DNA of 31,191 nt, taken from IMG/VR virus record IMGVR_UViG_3300012940_000076, positions 1 to 31,191 of that record; one strand, given 5' to 3'. Numbering within the stretch: the stretch's first letter is position 1; each line of letters begins with the position of its first letter. Positions 23,655 to 31,191 of the stretch are shown here, in pieces. The translations under genes and the position numbers were made by a program. The notes below the pieces were generated by a model that saw only the letters and a list, made by a program, of their open reading frames with translations, did not search any database and was not told the origin of the DNA. This DNA comes from a virus (Duplodnaviria > Caudoviricetes).

Positions 23655-25460
23655 ATGGCGCTGGGTAGGGCTTTCATTGAGGTACACGCCGACCTGCGCC
23701 CATTCAAGAAGGACTTGGGTCGCGGTGTCGCGGCCCTGCTCAAGGAGACCCAGCGGGCCGTCGATAAGGCGGTCAAGGATGGTCTGACCCAGGCCGAGGA
23801 GAGCGTCGGCGGTAAGCGCGGGCGGAAGATCAAGATCACCCCCGAGCTGGACACCACGAACGTCGACCGGGACAGCGATCGAGTCGCCAAGGGGCTTCGC
23901 GGGGCCGTCCAAAAGGGCCTCCGGGGTGGCTGGGAATCCTTCATGGAGGCCCTGAACTCCCCGGGCAAGACCTTCGATCTGGTCACCATCGGCCTGATCG
24001 CCGCTGCCGCTGCCGCCGCCCCCGTCATCGGGGCCATGCTCTCCGGTGCCATCGTCGCCGCAATCGGTGCCGCCGGCATCGGTACCGCCGTCGCCCTCAC
24101 CTTCCGGGACCCTCGGATCAAGGAGGCCGGCAAGGATCTGGTGAACTTCATCTTCGATGGGTTCACCGAGGCCGCCGACGTGTTCCTGGTGCCGGTCTAC
24201 GAGGCGATCGGGCAGCTCAAGGACATCTTCGCCGACATCTTCGATGACTTCCAGCGAGGCTTTGCCCACCTGGCCCCATACCTGGACGATCTGGTGGGCG
24301 GGTTCGGTGGCTTCCTGCGGGAGCTGTCCTCGGGCCTGGAGAGCGCGTTCCGTAACGCTGGGCCGTTCATCCAGATCGTCGCCCAGTATCTACCGGAGGT
24401 CGGCTACGCCCTGGCCTACATGATGGAGGTGCTGTCGGAGTCGGCGGGTGCCCGTGCCGGCCTGACCGCGTTCTTCATCGCCCTGATCGAGATCATCTAC
24501 TTGGTCACGGACGCCTTGAAGATCCTCTCCGAGTCGTTCCTTGGCTTCCTGATCATCCTCAACTCGCTGCCAGACTTCCTGCTGCCCGACCAGCTCAAGC
24601 AGGATCTGGACGACATGATCAGCTCGGTCGGCAGGGTGCCCGAGGTCGCCTCACCGGCCATCGAGCGGATCAACACCCTGGGCAACTCCGCCTTCAACGC
24701 CAGCGGCAAGGCCCGGGAACTGACCGCCTCCCTGAACGAGTTCTTCGGTGCCCAGCTCGGCTGGGTCGACGCGAACATCCGCTTCGAGGAGTCCATCGAC
24801 GCCATCACCGAGTCCTTTAGGCGCAACGGCGACACCCTGAACATCAACACCGCCAAGGGCCGGGAGAACGTCCGTGCCGTCAACGACGGCATCAAGGCGG
24901 CCATCGCCGCCCGGGACGCGAAGATCAAGGAGACGGGCTCCGTCGCCGCCGGTAACGCCGTCTACGCCACCCACATCGCCCGGCTGCGTAGCGTCCTCAA
25001 GAACGCTGGCCTCACCAAGACGGAGATCGAAAAGCTCATCGGGGCCTACGACGAGGTACCCGAGGAAGTCAACACCGACGTGAACGCGCCAGGCCTGTCC
25101 GACGCGCTACGCAAGGCCCGGGAGCTTCGGGCGGAACTGGCCCGGCTGGAGCGGATGGCGAAGGCCCCCGGCGGCAAGGGAGGCGACTACACGGGCGTCG
25201 GCGGCTACGCCGACGGTGGCGTGGTCACCCGACAGCAGCTCGCCTGGGTCGGTGAGGGCAACAAGCCGGAGGCGATCGTTCCGCTGACCAACCCCACCCG
25301 GGCCGCCGAGGTCATGGCCGAGGCCGGTCTGCTCGGCATGGGCGGCGGCACTATCGTCGTCCAGTTGGTCCTCGACGGGGAGGTCATCGATGAGCGCATC
25401 GTTCGCTACGACGAGGCGAACGCCCGTCGTATCCAGCACCAACCGAGAGCGGTGATCTAG
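23655..25460 (+). CDS. Tape measure protein (short, 601 aa)
   Basis: LGRAFIEVHAD N-terminus, Ala/Gly-rich helices, hydrophobic segments and YADGG...VGEG..PEAIVPL. Confidence 0.88.
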   Translation: MALGRAFIEVHADLRPFKKDLGRGVAALLKETQRAVDKAVKDGLTQAEESVGGKRGRKIKITPELDTTNVDRDSDRVAKGLRGAVQKGLRGGWESFMEALNSPGKTFDLVTIGLIAAAAAAAPVIGAMLSGAIVAAIGAAGIGTAVALTFRDPRIKEAGKDLVNFIFDGFTEAADVFLVPVYEAIGQLKDIFADIFDDFQRGFAHLAPYLDDLVGGFGGFLRELSSGLESAFRNAGPFIQIVAQYLPEVGYALAYMMEVLSESAGARAGLTAFFIALIEIIYLVTDALKILSESFLGFLIILNSLPDFLLPDQLKQDLDDMISSVGRVPEVASPAIERINTLGNSAFNASGKARELTASLNEFFGAQLGWVDANIRFEESIDAITESFRRNGDTLNINTAKGRENVRAVNDGIKAAIAARDAKIKETGSVAAGNAVYATHIARLRSVLKNAGLTKTEIEKLIGAYDEVPEEVNTDVNAPGLSDALRKARELRAELARLERMAKAPGGKGGDYTGVGGYADGGVVTRQQLAWVGEGNKPEAIVPLTNPTRAAEVMAEAGLLGMGGGTIVVQLVLDGEVIDERIVRYDEANARRIQHQPRAVI

Positions 25461-27592
25461 TGGCTCTGCTGGTCGCCACGCCCATTGATGAGCTGGGCAT
25501 CGTCAGGGTGATCGTGGACTGGTCGCCGTATGAGCATGAGCTGGTCAACCTGTACCGGGTGCTGCCGGACGGCAGCTACCAGGAGGTCATCGGCTCCCCG
25601 GTACGCCTGTCCGGCGGCAAGGCGATCATCTACGACACCACCGCGCCGTTCGACGTGGACCTGCTCTACCGGGCCGAGATGCGCGGCTACGACATCATCA
25701 AGGACGACTTCCAGCGCACCGTCGGCGACGGGTGGGGCACCCCCACCTACTCCATCACCCCCGGCACCTACACGGTTTCCGGCGGCGACGCGCCCGACTG
25801 GTGGGTGGACGCCGGCATGGCCCGGATGCGGATGGACACGACCGTGACGCGACGCGCGGTCGGGCCTGGTGTCTACAAGGACGTGCAGGTGGAGGCCACC
25901 ATCCAGTTGGATCAGGTGCCGACGGGCAACTTCATCCAGGTAGGCGTGTCCCCCCGCTACGTTGACGACGCCAACACCTACAACATGGGGGCGAGTCTCC
26001 AGCCGGACGGCACCATCACCGCGTTCATCATCGCCACCGTCGGCGGTATCACCAACACCCTGGCCGCGAAGGTGCTGACCGGGCTCACCTACGGGGGTGC
26101 AAACACTCCACTGCGGATTGTGGGGCAGAGCATCGGTGACACCCATTGGATGCGGGTGCTGACCTCCAGCGACCCGGACCGGCTGGGTAGGGCGTGGGAT
26201 CTCCAGGCCACCGAGGGGTCCATCGCCACCGGCTCACCGTCGGTCTACGCCATGCGCGGGCCGGGCAACACCAACGTCAGCCCCATCGCCGTGGTGAGCG
26301 ACTTCTACACGTTCAGCTTCAATTGGAACACCCTCGAAGCGGCCCGCACGGTCCGTCTCCTTGGTGACCCGCACGGCTGGATTCGTGACCCGATGATCCC
26401 GGGCCGGTCCATCCGCCTGGACAACTGCGCAGAACACGACTTCTCGTGCCTCAACAATGAGCGGTTCGCGTTCTTCCAGTCCCTGTCCGGTGAGCAGTAC
26501 ACGAGTCGTTCCGGCGTGTTCCCCGTCATCGACGCGGCACGTCCGAACACGGTTGCCCAGTTGCGGGAGGATTTCAGTACCGAGCTGCGGTTCGCCACGA
26601 CCACCCTGGACGACATCCGGGCGGTACGAACGCTGTTCTCCTCTGGCCGGAATCTGCTGCTGTCCCTGCCGGTGAAGTACGGGTGGGGCCTGGACAACCA
26701 CGGCACGGACATCTTCGCCGCCGGGGACATCACCGCGACGCGGCTGAACACCCGGGACATGGGCAAGCCGTACCGGCAGTGGAGCGTCCCCCTGGCGGTG
26801 GCGGAGCTGGACGACGCCGGCAGCGAGGGATGGGTGGCGGGGAACAACATTCCGCTGCCCGGGGCCACTTATCGGGACATGGCGAGCACTCACCTCACCT
26901 ACGGGGAGCTGAGCACGGTCGCCACGAGCCCCGAGGTGCAGGACCTTTTCAACGGGCGCACCGTCTCCAACGGCTTCGGTGTGGCCGCGCCGACGGGTGG
27001 CCCGTGGACGGTGGCGTTGCCGCCGTCCAGTAACTACTCGGTGTCCGGCGACGAAGCGCACATCACTGTCACGCAGCCGGACACCCCGAGCCTGATCATC
27101 ATCAACAACGTGCAGGCCACCAACGCGGGCTCCACGTCGATGCGGATTCCGACGCCGACCGGGGCCGGCATTCTCGCGGGCATGGCCTGCCGATACATCG
27201 ACAACGACAACTACGCTTTGGCGGTTCTGCGGATCGAGCCCGACAACACGGGCATCGTCCAACTGTTCAGCCGCATCAACGGGGCCTTCAAGATCCTGGC
27301 GCACGTGCCCACCGGCATCACCCAGGCCCCCGGCGACCGCTGGAGCCTGGAGTACATGATCAACGGCTCCACCCTCGTCGCCCGGGCGTGGATCACCGGC
27401 ACCGACCGGCCCGAGAACTGGACGGCCAGCACGAACAAGGTGCTGAACCCGGCGGTGAGCGGACCGGTTGGCCTGTTCGTCAACGCCCTGCCCGGGAACA
27501 CCGGCACCCCGCTCACGGTCGACATCGACTTCATCAACATCGACTACAGCGCCCGCACCTACCTGGACTGGTCGCAGGGGGTGTTTACCTGA
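25460..27592 (+). CDS. Minor tail protein (Dit-like position) with two lectin-like inserts
   Basis: First gene after the TMP; related segments start DDFQRTVGDGWG and DLFNGRTVSNGFG. Confidence 0.75.
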   Translation: MALLVATPIDELGIVRVIVDWSPYEHELVNLYRVLPDGSYQEVIGSPVRLSGGKAIIYDTTAPFDVDLLYRAEMRGYDIIKDDFQRTVGDGWGTPTYSITPGTYTVSGGDAPDWWVDAGMARMRMDTTVTRRAVGPGVYKDVQVEATIQLDQVPTGNFIQVGVSPRYVDDANTYNMGASLQPDGTITAFIIATVGGITNTLAAKVLTGLTYGGANTPLRIVGQSIGDTHWMRVLTSSDPDRLGRAWDLQATEGSIATGSPSVYAMRGPGNTNVSPIAVVSDFYTFSFNWNTLEAARTVRLLGDPHGWIRDPMIPGRSIRLDNCAEHDFSCLNNERFAFFQSLSGEQYTSRSGVFPVIDAARPNTVAQLREDFSTELRFATTTLDDIRAVRTLFSSGRNLLLSLPVKYGWGLDNHGTDIFAAGDITATRLNTRDMGKPYRQWSVPLAVAELDDAGSEGWVAGNNIPLPGATYRDMASTHLTYGELSTVATSPEVQDLFNGRTVSNGFGVAAPTGGPWTVALPPSSNYSVSGDEAHITVTQPDTPSLIIINNVQATNAGSTSMRIPTPTGAGILAGMACRYIDNDNYALAVLRIEPDNTGIVQLFSRINGAFKILAHVPTGITQAPGDRWSLEYMINGSTLVARAWITGTDRPENWTASTNKVLNPAVSGPVGLFVNALPGNTGTPLTVDIDFINIDYSARTYLDWSQGVFT

Positions 27593-28716
27593 TGGCGTGG
27601 CCGTTTGACGAGAGACTACTCAAGATCCTCACCGGCACCCACCGGATGCAGGCCAGGGTGGATGTGTTCACCCAAACCGAGGTGCGTGCCCGTAACGTGC
27701 GACTGCTCGGAGGCTCCATCACTGCCAACCTCATGTCGGACGTGTGCCGCACCGGCAGCCTGGTGGTGCCCAAGGATCTCATCGACCAGGGGCTGTTTGA
27801 CCCGAACGCTGACCGGGTGCGTGTGCAGACCGGGACGGCCCGCTACCCGATCACGATCTTCACTGGGCGCGTCCAGCAGCACACCACCCCCGTGGGGGAT
27901 CGGGTCACCGTCAACGTCGCTGACTTCGGCGACGATGTGGTGGAGGGCCGCTTCGAGCAGCCGTGGGCACCCCGTTACGGCAACTCCATGATCGCGGAGA
28001 TGCGGCGAATCCTGCGGGGCGTCGATGTGGACTTCGGGCTGAACGTGGAGCCCGGCATCCGTGACCGGCGGATACCGCAAGGGCTCGCCTGGAACGACAA
28101 CCGGGCCCAGGCGCTCGATGAGCTGGCCTCCGCCATGAGCGCGATCTGGCAGCCCGGGCGGACCGGAGAGTTCCGGCTGTTCCCGAACCCCTTCAACCTG
28201 CCGGACTCGCCGACGCCGGTACTGACCCTCAGCGACGGCCCCAACGGGAACCTGCTGGACTACGTGCGCACCGTCTCCCGGGAAAGCGTCTACAACTCCA
28301 TCACCCTGGAGGTGCAGCGCACCGGAGGCGGCGACCCGCTGCGGGTCACCGTCCGCGACACCAACCCATCGTCGCCAACCCGATGGGGCGGCCCGTTCGG
28401 CAAGCGCAACCGCCGAATCTCCGTGCAGACCCCGCTCGACCGGGTGACCGCATTCCGGGTCGCCTCGCGCATCCTGCGCCAATCCCTGGCCCTGGCGCGG
28501 TCGTGGCAGTTCTCCACCCCCCACTTCCCGCTGCTCGACCCGGGGGACGTGGTGGTGGTGGACTCCATCCTCGACGGGCTCAACGCCCACGTCATCCAGT
28601 CGATCACCTACCCACTGATGGCCCTGGACCGTACGACGTTCACCAGCCAGGAGCTGCGGCAGTTCAACGAGGATGCCGAGGACCCGAACACGTTCTTCTA
28701 TGGGGGAGTGGAATGA
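27592..28716 (+). CDS. Minor tail protein (DUF5047/Tal hub-like)
   Basis: Start revised to ATG 27592 (TGATG); VYNSI, SPTRWGGPFG, LLDPGDVV. Confidence 0.78.
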   Translation: MAWPFDERLLKILTGTHRMQARVDVFTQTEVRARNVRLLGGSITANLMSDVCRTGSLVVPKDLIDQGLFDPNADRVRVQTGTARYPITIFTGRVQQHTTPVGDRVTVNVADFGDDVVEGRFEQPWAPRYGNSMIAEMRRILRGVDVDFGLNVEPGIRDRRIPQGLAWNDNRAQALDELASAMSAIWQPGRTGEFRLFPNPFNLPDSPTPVLTLSDGPNGNLLDYVRTVSRESVYNSITLEVQRTGGGDPLRVTVRDTNPSSPTRWGGPFGKRNRRISVQTPLDRVTAFRVASRILRQSLALARSWQFSTPHFPLLDPGDVVVVDSILDGLNAHVIQSITYPLMALDRTTFTSQELRQFNEDAEDPNTFFYGGVE

Positions 28717-29495
28717 ACGCCACATACGGACTGCCGGCGGCAATGGCATTCCAGGCCCAGCCGGCAGCGCAATTCCAGACCGGCATCGTCGTCGCCGTAT
28801 CCCCGAACGGCCTGTACGTGGCCCCGGGAGGCTTGGAGGCCCCCCCGGTGCTCTGCGGGTACACCCGCAACGTTTACCGGCCGATCCTGGGGGATGTGGT
28901 TGCCCTGCTGCGGCAGGGCACGTCGTGGTTCGCGCTGGGCAGCATCAGCGGCCCCGACGAGATCGTCAACGCCATCGGCAACTACTCCTTCGAGGAGGGT
29001 GCCGACAATCTGCCGCCCCCGGGCTGGACCCTGGCGAGCGCTTCCGGGTCGCCCACGTTCACGACCCTGCGCCTGGCGTCGGCGAACTTCCTCGACGGAA
29101 GCAAGATCGGCTCCCTGAACGCCATGTCCGCCACGAGTATCAACGCATCGGTCTACTCGGACGCCGTTCCGGTGGAGGCTCAGCAGCGGTGGGGCATCGG
29201 TGGCTACTACCGGACGAACCTGCTGTTCGGGGCGAACGCTGGAACCATCCGGATGTGGGCGTCGTGGTACTCCGATTCAACTTTCGGATCGCTGATCACG
29301 GAGGAAAGCATCACCCAATACCTGCTCGTCCGTGGGCATGTGTGGCAGGTAATGGCAGAGTATGGTGCCACCGGTAATGGTTGCGTTGCCCCGGAGAACG
29401 CCAAGTTCCTTCGGGTGCGCATTCAAGCGCAATGGACTTCTACCGCCCAGGACGCCGTGTACCTTGACCGCATTACCGCCCGGAGGATCGCATGA
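28713..29495 (+). CDS. Minor tail protein with carbohydrate-binding-like domain
   Basis: Start revised to ATG 28713; Y.P.LGDVV N-domain; NYSFE...P.GW and VAPENA...VYLDRI (CBM-like). Confidence 0.72.
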   Translation: MNATYGLPAAMAFQAQPAAQFQTGIVVAVSPNGLYVAPGGLEAPPVLCGYTRNVYRPILGDVVALLRQGTSWFALGSISGPDEIVNAIGNYSFEEGADNLPPPGWTLASASGSPTFTTLRLASANFLDGSKIGSLNAMSATSINASVYSDAVPVEAQQRWGIGGYYRTNLLFGANAGTIRMWASWYSDSTFGSLITEESITQYLLVRGHVWQVMAEYGATGNGCVAPENAKFLRVRIQAQWTSTAQDAVYLDRITARRIA

Positions 29496-30010
29496 ACCCG
29501 ACCACCAACCAGGGACTTTTGCTGCCGGACGCCGACGAACTGAACAACGTTCCGGCGCACATGGCTCAGTACAACGACGGCGTGGAGAACCGCCTCGTGC
29601 AGCGCTACCTCTCGTCCATCGACCGGGAGGTGCGTAACCCGAATCCGAAGAAGGGCGAGATTTCGTACCGCCAGGATGTGGACCTGCACGAACGTTACGA
29701 CGGGACGGCGTGGCGGAATCTGCGTGGCGGCGTGGACCACTTCTACCTTCCCGGGGAGCTGGGCACCACGCTGGTGACGTTCTCGAACCAGAACACGTTC
29801 ACCCAGATCGTCAACTTCCAGGTGCCTTTCGCGCAGCCCCCGGTGGTGTTGACGAACATTTCGTCCACCGCCGGCTCGACCAGCGCCTGGATCTCTCGGG
29901 CCTACCTGGTCGGCACGTCCAGCTTCACCCTGTTCGTTCAGTCGGCGACGCTGGCGAACTCGTCCTGGACGAACATCGTGGTCGACTGGGTGGCGATCGG
30001 TCGGCAGTGA
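29492..30010 (+). CDS. Minor tail protein with H-type-lectin/gp53-like C-terminal domain
   Basis: TTNQGL.LP, YDGTAW, VNF.VPFAQPPVV, VDWVAIG. Confidence 0.72.
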   Translation: MNPTTNQGLLLPDADELNNVPAHMAQYNDGVENRLVQRYLSSIDREVRNPNPKKGEISYRQDVDLHERYDGTAWRNLRGGVDHFYLPGELGTTLVTFSNQNTFTQIVNFQVPFAQPPVVLTNISSTAGSTSAWISRAYLVGTSSFTLFVQSATLANSSWTNIVVDWVAIGRQ

Positions 30011-30053
30011 GGCGTTTGGGGTACCTGTGGGCAAACTCGTCTGGAGGTACCCC

Positions 30054-30479
30054 ATGCCACCATCCATCATCATCGTCGGCCGCCACCGTCCCCACGAGAT
30101 ATCAACCCTGGTTTTCTGCCTCCTCGCCGGCCTCGTGTTCGCCGCCGGGGTTGCCGACTCGGGGGCCCTGGACAGGATGGGCGGATGGGCTCCGGTGTGG
30201 GCCGTGGCGCTGGCTGTCTCGGCGGCGGTGGCGCTCCTGGGCGCGTTTTGGCGTGGGGCTCAACTGGTGGGGCTACCGCTGGAGCAGTCGGGGTTGCTGT
30301 TCAATGCGGCGGCCATTTTCATGTACGCCGCGTCCGTGTACTCGTACGCCGGGAACCGCTCTCTCTTCACTGTCGGAATCTGCCTGACCTGGATATGGGG
30401 GCACATGGCTCGCGTGATCCAAATCAGGAATGATCTACGCAGCCTGAGAGGAGCCCGGAGTGCTGGAGCAACTTCCTGA
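30054..30479 (+). CDS. Four-TM membrane protein (lysis cassette candidate)
   Basis: ATG 30054 after GGAGG; about four hydrophobic segments. Confidence 0.7.
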   Translation: MPPSIIIVGRHRPHEISTLVFCLLAGLVFAAGVADSGALDRMGGWAPVWAVALAVSAAVALLGAFWRGAQLVGLPLEQSGLLFNAAAIFMYAASVYSYAGNRSLFTVGICLTWIWGHMARVIQIRNDLRSLRGARSAGATS

Positions 30480-30870
30480 CTCGCCTGCCGCGATCGTGGT
30501 GGCCCTGATCCTGGCGCTGTTTTCCGGGGGTGGCGTCGGGGCGCTGATCGAAGCGTTCCGCAATAGAGGGAAAACGAAGGCGGAGGTTACTCAGACAGTC
30601 TCTGAGGCCGCTGCTGGCGTAGTCGAAATGCTCCAGAAAACAGCCAATGAGGCACAGGCTGACGCCAATGAGGCACGGAACGCGGCCCGGCTGGCGCGGG
30701 AGGAGGCGGAGGAGGCTCGGCGGCAGATGCGCGCTATGCGCATGGATGCTGAAACTTTGGCCTATCGCTTTCGCTTCTTGATCAATGCGATACTCGATGA
30801 CAACGTGACCAGGGACCATTTGAAGGAATTGGCCCGGACACCGTGGAACCTGGATGGGGGAGCGGAATAG
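30460..30870 (+). CDS. Single-TM coiled-coil membrane protein (lysis cassette candidate)
   Basis: AAIVVALILALFSGGGVGAL followed by an Ala/Glu/Arg coiled coil. Confidence 0.72.
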   Translation: MLEQLPDSPAAIVVALILALFSGGGVGALIEAFRNRGKTKAEVTQTVSEAAAGVVEMLQKTANEAQADANEARNAARLAREEAEEARRQMRAMRMDAETLAYRFRFLINAILDDNVTRDHLKELARTPWNLDGGAE

Positions 30871-31073
30871 TGGACAGGATCGCCAAGGCCGTCATCGCCA
30901 CCCTTGCCGCCGCGTACGGCATCTTCGAGTTCGCCACCACCATGGACTCCTCCGGTGGCGAGACGGTCACCGGTAACGAGTGGGTGCGGATCGCGGTGAC
31001 CGGCATCCTCGCCGGCCTCGCGGTGTGGGCGACGCCGAACAGCGACAAGCCGAAGCTGGGCCCTGAGAAGTGA
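30870..31073 (+). CDS. Holin-like two-TM protein, 67 aa
   Basis: GTG overlapping the upstream TAG: MDRIAKAVIATLAAA...EWVRIAVTGILAGLAVWATPN, charged tail. Confidence 0.7.
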   Translation: MDRIAKAVIATLAAAYGIFEFATTMDSSGGETVTGNEWVRIAVTGILAGLAVWATPNSDKPKLGPEK

Positions 31074-31191
31074 TACGCCGCATCTACCTGTGGGAGGTAG
31101 CCGTACCCCCCGACAGGGAGCTGAACGAGGCTCTGGGGGCCGCTCAGCGGGCGGCACAGCGGGTGGAGCGGTTCAATCCCAACGTGGAGGC
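31070..31191 (+). CDS. Partial hypothetical protein, truncated by the window end
   Basis: GTGA overlap; MIRRIYLWEVAVPPDRELNEALGAAQRAAQRVERFNPNVE, open to the end. Confidence 0.5.
   Translation, partial: MIRRIYLWEVAVPPDRELNEALGAAQRAAQRVERFNPNVE

Noticed and set aside
1-31191. Integrase, att site, transposon, intron or intein
   Set aside because: None recognised; terL and helicase show no intein-type insertions. Temperate versus lytic lifestyle cannot be decided from this window.

Overview
High-GC tailed actinobacteriophage or prophage DNA with a siphovirus layout resembling mycobacteriophage cluster B (Rosebush-type). The host may be a Micromonospora/Streptomyces-like actinomycete; this is inference only. 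The left arm (<1-5455, minus strand) holds replication and recombination genes: a RepB/AEP primase-SF3 helicase missing from the ORF track, an SSB, small Cys-rich proteins, a Cas4-like exonuclease and an HTH regulator. The virion arm is divergent on the plus strand: TerL, DUF1360, portal, MuF, a short C5-MTase-like protein, protease, separate hexamer- and pentamer-type capsid proteins, major tail, fibre genes, adaptors, chaperones, a short tape measure, minor tails and three membrane/holin-like genes. The most unusual part is a ~2.3 kb opposite-strand cassette (12714-14960) inside the head module. It contains three sigma-A-like promoters, a ~300-nt densely structured candidate ncRNA, an LPVTG sortase-anchored protein, an RHH regulator and an orphan gene with a hairpin-locked RBS. 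One ncRNA segment is complementary to the RBSs of two cassette genes. Two further structured RNA elements lie upstream of the primase and capsid genes, and several genes look leaderless. All family calls come from motif recognition and synteny by eye; no searches were run.
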